Assembly: GCA_965178125.1 (NCBI GenBank)
Contig: OZ237762.1
Coordinates: forward strand, 558,001 to 622,000
Source of the DNA: Bilabrum cf. latius
Lineage: Eukaryota
Reading direction: 5' to 3'
Length of the DNA stretch: 64,000 nt
Shown: positions 49,201 to 61,200 of the stretch, piece by piece
Numbering within the stretch: the stretch's first letter is position 1
Layout of the letters: each line of letters starts with the position of its first letter
Position numbers and translations under genes: made by a program
Notes under the pieces: model-generated
The model's database searches: none
Told to the model about the DNA's origin: nothing
The model's input: the letters and a program-made list of their open reading frames with translations, nothing else

Positions 49201-52200
49201 TTGGCTGCTTTGACCTTGGAAGCAGCACGGACAGCTGCTGCCGCCTGCTCTGTGCACAAGACGGTCGCTTCCGCAAAGAAGGTTCCGGCATCAGGCTTCA
49301 TCGCAAGACCACGCTGCGCAACTGTCACAAGCTCGGCCTCAGCGTCACTCACAAACAAGTATTCATACCCAGTAAGGGAGCCTCCACTCGTGGCCATGGT
49401 CTTGGCAAGTGAATCCATCGTGCGCATGCACATCAACGGCGACTCTTCCGGCGAGTAGCTCTCCTGCCGGCGCAGCGACAGAGGCATGAACTGCTGCTTC
49501 TCTCCTTCTGCAGCAGCATCCTCGGCTGCCTTTGCTTCCGCTTCGTCCAGTCGATCCGCAGACATCTCGCCAGACGCCACCAGCTCCACTGCCTGCTCCG
49601 CAAGCTGGGCTTCCAGCGGACTCACGCTCGATGCAAGACCCGCCAGAAGCGCTCGAGCAGTCACATCTTCCTGCATGTCCATCGCCAGCCGGAACTTCAG
49701 ACGCGCCCCGATCTACTCGTCGGCTCCCCGCCGCAGTCGCGCCACAGGGTCCTCCTGCCCGCCCTCCCCGCCATCCACCTCCGATGGCTGCATGTCAAAC
49801 AGGTTGCCCAGCTCCTCCATGGACAGCTGCCCGTCCCCGTTCGAGTCCGCCCGACGCACAACTGCGCTCAGGTCGCGCAATGACAGCTGCTCCATGCCCA
49901 GCGACCCAAGGCCTGCCTGCAGATGCTTGGGCTCGAGTGCCATGGACCGATCCGTGTTGAAGGCAGCGAAGGCCTCCTCAATGGAGCCGAAGCGAGCCTT
50001 GACTGCTTCGCGGATACGGGTCACCACACCCTCAGTCCGCAAGAAGGCCTTCTCGGCTCGGAGTGACAGCAGCGGGGCAAGCACCGTCTCCTCCCACGAC
50101 GGAATGTCGCGACGACGACCACGAAGATTCTATTCAAAGAACTCTCTCCTTTGGCTCGTGGTGTTGTCGTGCAGCAGCTGATGCAGGGCTCGCATCTCGG
50201 CAAGCGTGAATGACACCCGGTTGTCCACGAAGCGACACACCTGAGCCAGGCCCAACAGCGAATGCACGTCCTGCGCACTGTCGCCCTTCACCACCGCGCG
50301 TTCATCGCTCTGCGTCGATGGCGCAAACACCGCGTCCAATGGGAATCCATTTATCGTGTACAGTCCCACATATGCCCGAGACACAGGATCCACCTTGCCC
50401 TGCAGCACATCGCTCGTCAGAGCCGCGATGTCATCCTGGCCCACATGCAGAGCCCGCCGCAGAGTCTCTGCTTCCGCCAGTGACACCACCATTACCAGGT
50501 CACGCAACTCAGGCCCGCTCTTCCCAGCAGCCGCACCATCTGCCTCCGTACCGATCAGCGCAGCCACCTTCGCCGCATCCAGCTCCTGACCCGGTGGCGG
50601 GATCAGCCGAAGCACCACCTCCATGTTCTTCAGTCGCCGCGGCAGAGTGGTCGGGGCCGACAGCTCCGTGTGGTTGTCAGACAGCCACAGCCGATGCCCG
50701 CCCTCCACGGTCAGAGCGCCTGCCGATCGCGAGAAGCGGAACTGGTCCAATGGGTAGAAATCACGTTCTTGCAGCAGAGTGGACGGCTGCCGCAGCTGAT
50801 GCATGGCCCACGCTCGTGCGGCCGTGGACCTGTCGGCAAACTGAGATTGCTTCTCCTTCTGCATCTGCACCTCCCTCTGCCTCTCCTGCTCCTTCTCAAG
50901 CATCAGCTCCGACTCCTGCTCCACCTGAGCCACGCACTGCTTGTCGAAGTCAAGTCGTTTGCCGCCGGCCTTGCTCGGCGCTGTACTCTCAGCGTCATGC
51001 TCGGCCTTGCCTGCCTCCGCCAGCACGGCCTGCACCTCTGCCTTCTGCTTGTCCGTCTGGATCAAGCTCGACCACGCCTCTAGCTCCTTGGTCAGCCGCT
51101 GCACGAACGTCTCAGGCGCCTCGATCTGAGCCCCGATGGAGCTGTCCAGAGGATCCATGAACGCCTTCATCGACTGGCGGACGGTGTACGCAATGGACGA
51201 GGCCTCCTTGTCCTAGGCAGCCTTGAGCGCTTCCGGCGTCACTTCGGGCACTTCCTCATCGAAGCCCATCTTCTTGGCTTTCTTCTCCCTTTCCTCCTCC
51301 TCCTTCTTCTTGGCATCGCTCTCAGCGGACTCCTCCTTCTTCAGCCCTCGCTTGCGCAGGGCAGCCTCTTTCTCCATCTCCTTCTCATGCGCCTCCCGCT
51401 TCTCTCTCGCCCTCGACTCATGCAGCTCGTGGTTGTCTAGCGTGGAGTCAACGCCGGTTACCCGGAATCGGATTCGCAAGGCCCCGCGCCTAGGCTGGAG
51501 CACCAGCGAATACATGTCGAAGCGACCGCATGAATACCCATACCCGCCAGCCGGATGCCTCGAGGACACAAGATTGCGCAGTGCCTGCCGTCGCCAAACG
51601 AACGACATGCGCTGAGCGCACAGCTACATGTGCTGCAGCTGCTCAGATCGGATCGATGCAGCCAGCAGCCAAGTCACGATGTGCTCAGGCTTCGTGCGAC
51701 TGGCACTTGCTCCTGCAGACCCAAGCATGTGCATGGCGGCCGCGGCTGCACTACTGCTTCCCTTGTCCGACTTGTCTGCATGCACCGCCCGACGCACCAG
51801 CCGAGACACTTCAGGCACCACCAGCACAGTCAGCGTCTGGCCCACACCCAGACCACGCATGCGCCACGACCCCTGCGCAAGCTCGCGCAGTGTCATGTCC
51901 TTGCCCAGCGTCACCGCCGCGCGGGCGTCCATCACCTGCGGACAGTCCGTGCCCGTGGCATTCGTCTGGTTGAAGAACGTGAAACGCTCGCTGGGCTCGA
52001 TGCCGCACTGGTCCAGCTGAATACCTTCATTCGACCCGCGCATCAGCACCATGTGTCGGCCCACGTCATCGAAGTACACCACGCCCTGCATACCCTCCAG
52101 CCCATGCTCCAGCAGGTATGCAGCCACTTCCTAGTTCGTCATGCCCGTCACCAGAGCGCCCACGTCGATCAGCGCGTGGAACCGGGGCTTGGCCGTGGCG

Positions 52201-55200
52201 ATGGTCCTCAGGATAAACTGAGAGTCCCAGTCGCCTTGCAGATCCATCGTGGAGATCACAGACGGGTTTGTCAGAGTGCGCACGATCTTGGCCTCGCTCC
52301 CAGGCTCAAAATCGCAAGTCATGCCGGTGGGCAGCAGGTCCGATGTGGTGCCTGAGAAACCCAGCCGCTTCTCGAACAGCATGTCACTGCCCATATCAAT
52401 GCCGGATGCCATGAGCTTCTGCTTCTGGTGGTTCATCACCTTGGGGAACACATGGTTCAGCACGAAGTGGTCCACCACCGCAGGCACGTCTCGAAGAGCC
52501 GCGAATGCAGCCGCCATCTGCTCCTGGTCGGTGGGCTGGAACAGGGGCAGCGGCAACACAGACAGGGCAGCCTCTCGACGAGCCCTGGCGCGGCGCTTGC
52601 GCTTCTGCACGTTGAGGTCGCTGGCGCTCTGCTGGCGCCGCAGCTTAGGCGGACCTCCAGACGATGATCGACGCATGAGTGACGCGCTGGACACTTGGCG
52701 ATCCGTGGCTGGTGCACCCATATCATCGCGATCATCCGTAAGCACCGAGGCTTCACGGGCCATACCGGGCGCCTCCTCACCCTCGAAATCACCAAGAGCA
52801 GCGTCTAGCCATGACTTGAACTTCACCGCAGATGGCCGCTTGTCAGGGTTGCCTGCCTCGTACATCAGCGACCGCTTCATCTCCTTCAACATCACGCTGC
52901 AGTCCTCCTTACGAAGACCCTCGTACCTGTACGCCAGCACCGCCAGACCGATCAGCACCTCGGCATGCGCAAACTCACTGCTCTGCGATGGCGAGTCCTT
53001 ACCCACGAATGGCACCGCGAGCAGCAGCCGGCTTGGAGGCTCCTTATGCTGTCCCTTCGCACCGGCCTCCAAGGCTGCGATGTCTCCGGGCTGCAGCAGC
53101 CCGTAGCTCACACGGTCAATCTTGCTGATCACGTGCGCCGTAAACACGTTGCACCATGCCCGGCCCAAGTTGATCAGCCGCAGCACAGCTGGGCCCAGCT
53201 CACGATTCAGCATCTTAGCCTCCTCCGACTCCTCCGAGGCACCCAGCAGCACAGCCTCCACGGCCTTCTCCTTGCGGGTAAACTCACCCTCATCCACGCC
53301 GCCACCAGACGCACTTCCAGGCGTCTGTCCGTCCTCGGTGTCGTCACCGTCACCCTGAGCCTCGCCCTCGCCCTCGCCCTCCAGCTCAGGTGGCTTCGTC
53401 ACGTAACCCACCTCCGTGGCATAGTTCAGGTCACGCCGCAGCCAGAACAGCAGCCAATGAGCCAGGTGAGGCTTGATGTCCTCGTGGTAGTAGTCCTCGT
53501 CCAGCAAGATCAGATGCGGGTTCACCTGCAGCGCGTACTGCCGGACACCCCTCCGCAGAGCCTGCTGCAGGGACCGAAGCGTGCTCATGGCGTCTGATGC
53601 CTCCAGCGGATCTGCCTCCAGCTTCCCGATCAGGTCCAGGAATGACATGCCCACGCTCTGGTAGCCCTGCTTCTCGCTGCCACCCTCGAGCCCACTGCCT
53701 TCAGACCCGACAGAAGACATCTTGCGGGCAGCAGCAGCAGGCACGTCCAGACTGCCACCGGCCGCTGCCTCGGCATCGGCACCCCCTGCAGACCTGTCCA
53801 CCTGCACGCCCATTGTCACGCACGATAGGATCGCGTCAATGATGTGCAGCGGCAGTCTCCACCGATCCGGCGACAGCTCCAGAGGCCGTTTGGGTCCGAT
53901 GGGGAAGTTCAGCTCGGACAGCATCGGATTCAATAGTAGATCCACCTCATCCAGCAGCACCACACCCGTGCCTGCCTTGTTGCTGTCTGCCTTCACCACG
54001 GCCTGCGAAGCGGCTCCATCTCCAGCGCCCGCCCCAGACGCAGCCGTCCCATCGCTGGGCTGCACGCCCAGGCAGTGCAGCAGCTCGGCCAGCAGGTCAG
54101 CTGCCTTGGCAGTGGCTCGCAGCCTGGCCGCCTCATCAGCTGCTTTGCTCCTGGACCTGGTGGACTGGAAGCTGGCAGGCGACTTGAACACCTCCGGGGG
54201 CGCACTGCGCACCTCGTGCATCATGTCGAGGTACTGCAGCATCACGCACTTGATGGACTCGGGCGTGGTTGTAAACACCCCACAATCTCGCCGGGCAGAT
54301 TGGGCAGTCTCCACCAGGTTGGTGAGGTAGATCATCCACTTGTTGAGCCTTCGCGCGGACTCGAGCGCCTTGAATTGGACCGCCGCGCCCTCCTTGCCGA
54401 ACCGCTTGGTCATGAACTTGTGCCTTCTCTGTCGTGCCTCGTTGAGCTTGCGGGAAATCTTGTTAATCTCCTCTGTGCTTCCGAGTCCCAGCCTTGCCCG
54501 GAGATTGGCCTATTTCAAGATCTTGAGCTCCTCCGCCGTAAGCACATCCTCTGGCCGCGAGCTGAGGCTCTTCAGCTTTGACTCTTTCTTCTTGTCCTGT
54601 CCAGTCTTTTCGTCCCCTGCTTTGCCTGCTTTTAGACTATCATCTGATTTGCTCTCGCTTGCACCAGCGCCTGATGCTGCATCACCATCATCTCTCTTGG
54701 CTTCCCCCTCCTTGCCATCTTCAACATCGGACCCGGCGTCATCCATTTCATCTGCAAGCTCCTGCATCATGAGCTTGTCAGAATCCTCGTCCATTGCCTT
54801 CATTGGAGGCAGAGCGAATCGCTCAAACTGCAGAGTCACCACGCGCCGACCCAAGATGGTGGACAGCGACCGAGTCAGGTGCATGCGGGACATATCAGTC
54901 AGCGCGGCAGGCACCACCGAGGTCACCACCTGCGACCCGTCTGCAAGGATCGCAGACAGCAGCGGGTTCAAAGCAGCCGACTTGCCAGATCCCATCAGGG
55001 CCTGGATCACTCGGTTGCCCGAAGGCTCTCTCACGCGCTCCAGGAATTGGTGCACCATCTGTACCTGCCGAGGCCACAGCACGAAGCCGCTCAGGAACTC
55101 AAACACCAGGAAGCACGGGTTGAACGGCTGGCCGGCCTCAGGCAGATAGGTCCTCTCTGCTGCAAGCACGGCTGCAAACTTGTTGGCGGCAATACCAAGC

Positions 55201-58200
55201 AGTGTGATCTCAGACGACAGCAGACCCAGCGCCCGATGGGCAGCGCCTCGAGCCGTGATCACGTGCGTGGCATCGTTCAAGCCTTCACCAGCAACAGCGT
55301 CGTCGGCCGCATCGACCAGCACTGCTTTGCCTACCGCGTCGGGCACAGCGCCATGGATGGGCCTCCCTGCAGCATTCAACTGCAGCACGATAGCGGGTGA
55401 CAGCACGCCCTCCACAGAGCTCTCATCCAGACCGCTGGCATCGCTGATAGATAGCGCGTGCACGTGAGCAGCAGACACACCTCCAGCCTCCTTGGCCAGG
55501 TGCATAGCCACTGCCACTGCCGTCTTCGCAGCTGACAGCCTGCCATCAACGGAGCCATGCGTCACCACGCCGGACATATTCGCCAGCAGTGCACCAAGCC
55601 TCGCGTTCCGAGCTGCCATCGGGCTGCCCACAGGTCCGAGTGCACCAGCACACGCACATGCAGTCAGCTGCCAAGCCGATAGCCGAGCCACTGCCTCCTG
55701 CACGCTCATGCGGGATGCCTACACCGCCAGCTGTGCCTGCTTCCTCGTGGGCAGCACCAGTGGCCCACCGCTGGAGATCCAGCCACCATGCACCCATTCT
55801 GCCATGCCTGCAGCGGCCACCAAGCTGCCCTCGATGCTGGCAAGCACCTCCGTCGAGGCCCCGCCCTCTGCAGGAAGCACTGACAGAGCGAAGGTGCTGC
55901 GGACAGATGCCACCAGGATAGACTCAAGCTTCTTGAAGAGCCCACGGGCCATCTGACTGCTGCGGCGAGCGTGCAGACTGCGAGACGCACGCAGCATGGC
56001 CGACATCACGATCTGCTCGCCGGTCTCTGCAGTGCGCCTGGTGCTGTCTTCCAGAGGCAGGCCAATCGCGGACAGCAGATCATCTCTCCCTCCCTGAGTC
56101 AGCATTGACTGCACAACGATCTCGAAGGTGGGCCGCGACTTGAGTCCCGCCAACTGACTCAGGTTGCTTGTGCCATCGACGGAGGCACCGGGGCTCATGG
56201 CTCCAGTGGCCTGACCTTGCCTATCACCGTACAGCTGCAGCAGGCTAGACAGGCCCTACTGAGACGCCTGGCCCTCTGTGAAGCCCAGCGAGGAGCACAT
56301 GCCGTCGATCTTCCACAGCACGCCAGCAGCGTCCAGACACACCCGCTGCATTGCCTCGGTGGAGGGCGCTGTCAGCACAGACCTTGCAGCGCCATCACTA
56401 CCGAAGCTTCGCACGAAGTCCCTGAGCACCTGCAGCTTGTCGTGAGTCATGCACCTCAGCTGGTTCTCCATCTGCTCCCTGGCTGCCACTGCGCTGGTCT
56501 TCACGTCGTTCTTGATGCGGTCCAGCAGCTTCTTGCCCACGCCCGACTGCGCCTCAGGTGTGTCCTCGGGCAAGGCGAAGGGGGCGTCCTCGCTGAAGGC
56601 ACCGTCCGGGTGGTCAGGATGGCCCTCCGCTGGGGCCAGCACGATTGGGTCAGCTTCACCGAGATCCACCACCGCACATCCAGCTGCAGTGGCAAACTGC
56701 TTACGGATGTAGTCTGCCACTGGCTGCGAGCGGTAGGCTGCGTACTGCTCCGGCGTGACGATGGTGCCTGTCTCGCCGTCAGTCATTCCAGATCCGTCGA
56801 CTGGCAACACTCCGATCTCGTTGGAACCCCTCGCGACAATCATGGGCCTGGTGTTGAGGCTGCCCAGCACCTGCGTGGCATCGACCACCTGGCCGGGCAG
56901 GTCTGCCATGAAGGGGGGCCAGTGGTTCGTGCTTGTGGTGCGGCAAGTCTCACCCACCATATATCTCAAAACACACTCTCTTACTACGACTGGGAGCTGC
57001 CCCGTCATCACAAACAGCGAGCCAAGGTCATTGGACTCAGCCAAGTCGTACATGTTGGAGCATGCTTCCTCCAGCGGCGTACCGCTTTCTTTGGACAAGA
57101 CCTGCACGCTGAGATTGTAGGCGGTCCTCAGGTCGATCATCATGCTGAACAATTCAACATCTGTCTTCTTCTCGCCTGCCTTGAGAAGCGCCAGCCCCTT
57201 GCCAGTGTCGTCAATCGCGTCCTGCATATCAGATTCCCTGGGCTTGCACGTCTTGAAGTCTTCAGGGAGTCCGCCTGCGGCGCGGATTCTCCTGCCAAGG
57301 ATGACGGCTGCCTAGATCACTAAGCTAGGCAGAAGCACAGCAGTCTCGCCCACCTTACTATTAGAGTCCCAATACGTACTCCCTCCGACGTTTGCCAGGT
57401 TCATTTGCTCGAGGAAGCTGTAGAAGCAGGGTTCAGGTAGCTGAGCAGGCCTACCCTTGAAGATTCTATCTTCTTCTTGTTGTTTCCTTCTCTTGGAGAT
57501 TTCAAGCCTCTTCTCGGCAGACACACCTTCTGTTTCTTTCTTCTTTGCCTCCTTGTGGGCATCAATGAGCCGCCTGACTTGTTCCGCTCTCGCGCGAATG
57601 AATCGAGGCGTCCTGACGGGCTTGCCCTCAAGGAAATTGCATCTTGCCCGTCCCGTAGCAAGATTGTACAGAAACAGGTAATGCTGGAACTCGTAAGAAT
57701 TGGCACTGGATCTGGTGGCTAGCACCTGCCTGAGGCAATCGTCGCCCTACTCCCCTAGAGTGGATCCCTCAATGCCTGGGTGGGCCTGCTACGGCGTCGT
57801 TCCAGCCAGCTCATCGTCCTCGTACATCTGATTGAGCCACTTGGCGATTGCACTAGCTAATCGGGTGGTTAGCACTCTGAAGTAGCCGTATCCAGTGACG
57901 TTCCTCTCATCTTCTCTAGCTTTCTTCAAGGCTTCCTTAGGATCAGCGTCAGCGTTGGCCCCCTTCTTGGCCTGATCCCCGCCCTCCTTCTTCTCAGCAT
58001 CTGCCTCTTTCTTAGCCCTCTCCTGATCCTCAAGATACTTGTCATATACCTTCTTCCTCCTCAAGCTCTCCTCGAAATCGAGCTCCAAAGCACTGCCAAT
58101 CGTGCGGAAAGCCTGATGTGTTACAACCGCACCAGGCGTAGTGACTTTGCTCGCAGGCATGACCACTGGGATGCCCCCAGTAGCCTTGATCGAGCTGCTG

Positions 58201-61200
58201 GTTGGGTACTCGTGGTCGTAATCCACACCCTGCACCAGACTCATGTCATCCACGAGCTTCAGCTCCCCGCTCATCACACGCCGAGAATGGCTGTCCCAGG
58301 GCTTGCCCTCAGACAGCAAGATCTCCGTGTAGTTTGACACCTTCCAGCTCGAGTCGGAGTCAGCGCCAGACCCAGAGGCCTCAATGCTATCACTAGCCCC
58401 GCCAACAGCAGCCAGGGCAGATTTGCCGCCCCCGCAATCTTCGTCTCTCGTCTCCAAGTCGGCACGGCACGCGATTGCGTCCTACTTGATCGCCTCGCGG
58501 ATCTCGCCCAGGCTCTTGAGCGGGATAATTGCGGCGATCTTGAGCGTAGCTCCTTGTTCGTACGAGTTCGGCTTGTCGTGAGCCATCGGGTCGTACCCGT
58601 TCGAGTATCTGTTGTTTTGCTGCATGTCTTTCCGCAGTTTTGCGGCTAGGAACATCTCATCATCGTCGGCCTCCGTGTCGCGCTCCTCGCAGACGTATTC
58701 AATGTACACCGCCTGCTTCGAGATGATCACAGAAGAATCCTGCGACCAGCCAGTAGGCCACTACAGATCTACGGCGTTTGGCCCGTATCCTCCCGGGTCG
58801 CCGGTGAGCACGACCGGCCGAGTCTCGTCGTGGTAGAAGCTCCACCTAGCACGGAGCGGCTTCGTGCATGCCTCGTCTCGCCACAGCTTCACGAACTGCT
58901 TATTGGTTTTGAGACTGCATTCATTGGGAGTAGAGAAGAACATCACCGAAGCCCCGGGCACGTTGACCTTGATGACCTGCCTGGCCTAGTTGGGCGCCAT
59001 GTTACGGTGGCACATGACCTAGAACCCAATCTGGACCTAAGTATCTTTGAATGGCAAGGGGCGCTGCACAGTCCCCGCACCGCTTGCAGCTTCCAGTCGC
59101 TCTCGGTGCTTGATCGCAGCCGCAAGCAGCTGGGTCACTCCCTTGTCGTTGGCACTGATCGACAGCCGCAGAGAAAGCTCCTCCTCTGGCTCGGGAGCTA
59201 TCTCTGGACGCATGGCGGATCGCTTTCCTTGCAAAGCATTCAGCAGTTTGAAGACCAGCTGCGACTAGAACACCCTGCCTGTCTAGACGACAAGCACCGA
59301 CCTCCCCTTCTTGCGCGCATTTCGGATCATTCGGCGCGTGGCGGCTGTGTTGCCAAGAGATGATGCGTTGGTGTGACCAGGGGGCACCAGCCTGTACGCC
59401 ATGTCCTCTTGGTAAGCAAGCCGCAACTTGATGGCGATCTCATCCGGGTGGGAGCTCCTGCCGGCTGCGGCGATGGCGGCTGCAGATCGCTGCACGTAGG
59501 ACATGGCACCCTCTATCCTGCAGCCACGGATGCTGTACGAGGCCAAGTCGAATACCTGGGCACCCACAGCTGAGGCAGCCATGAAGAAAGCAGACTCGGG
59601 ACTGTTGAAGTGCACGAATGCGTTGGCCTCGTGCAGGCGGTACACGTAGAAGCCCTTGTCTGCACCCGCAGACTCCATAGGTGATGTGTCCCACGCATTG
59701 CGCCTGTCAGTAACCAGGGGAGCCTCACCGATCCGGACGATGTGGAACTGGCATCCTGGATGCATGACAAACAGCTGGTGCATGTCATTCTCTAGTACAA
59801 CTCCGTGCGGCAGGGATGCCAGCACCTTGGCCATGCTGCTGTCGCGCCGATCGCTGATGTACGCCCCAGAGACATCCGTGCTCATCAGCCGCACCTGCTT
59901 CACATACTTTGGCTGCTCCGTGCCCCAGTCCACTGTCTGGCCCTTGGATAGTTTCTCAGCCACTGCTGCATTGGCGCTGACCACCTTGGGCTCAAAGGCG
60001 GTGCCTAGCCTCACGCACTCGATGCGGCTTAACGACAGCGAGTCGCCCAGCAGGGCCAGCCCAGCCCCACTTGACCAGATCAACGATCCAGATAGAGGCT
60101 CGATACGTACGATCAGATCCACGACTTTCTTCATCGTGTCGGACTGCACCCGAAGCGGGTTGATCAGCGTCTGGCACGGGATGCGGGCAGCCAGCTCGCG
60201 TGCCTCTGCCTCCGCCGTGGCCTCTTCTGGAGACACCACAACAGCACCATCGCCAGCTGCTGCGCCATCTGCGGCGCTCGCTCTCTTGTCAGCCACCACT
60301 GCAATGATGGACGACAGTCGTTTGAACTCCAAGAAGTTCGACAGAGACATGCGGGTCACCACGGCCTCCACATCCACTCGCGCACCAGAGCTCCCCAGGA
60401 TCTGCTTCGCAATCTCGGTACCGGGAGCCATGTCCTGCAGAGTGATAGGCAGACCCGCGGAGTGCTTCTTGCTGTAGAAACGCCGGAATACCCTCACAAG
60501 GATGATAGTGTCTGCATCCTGGTGCGAGTCTCGCAACGCATCCACCAGCGGATAGCCTGTAAAGACGGCTTCAGGCACAGCATCAGCCCCCCTGTGGCCA
60601 TCCCCACCGGCACTTGCCACGGATAGGAACGATGCAGCGCGCCAAGCCGCGGCGCTTCCTGTGCTTGATCCGAAGTACTTGTCGCCTGCCACACCCCAGA
60701 ACTCGTAGCTGTCCGACAGCGCGGCAGGGATCAGGTTGGCCAGCTGGCCCTCAGACACATACCTCTCTTGCGTGCGAGGATACAGGAGCGGGTTGTTCGC
60801 CACCCGATCGATGCCGGCCAAGTCCTCGTCCTCATCATCGTCGCCTGCCTGTGCAGCCGCGTCTTCCTCAGCTGGCTCATCGTCCTCTAGTCCCTTGCCG
60901 TCGGCATAGCTCAGGTTGACAAGCCTGTCCACGGCAGGTAGATCCAGGAGGCACTGTCGCTCCATGTCCACCGACCACACGGTATCACCTCCGTAGTAGT
61001 ACCTCTAAGACCCGTACTGAGCCTGCGATATGTCGTAGAAGTACTAGCTCTGGCCGACGAAGGCAGCGTAGGTGGCGAGTGGGTGCGGCAACAGCCTCCT
61101 GCGCAGTGACCGTGTAACCTCCAGACTGGCAGAGCCGAGGGTAAATCGCTCGTCAGAGGTAGACAGGAAGCGACGTTCCGTCTGTCTATTTTGCTCGGCA

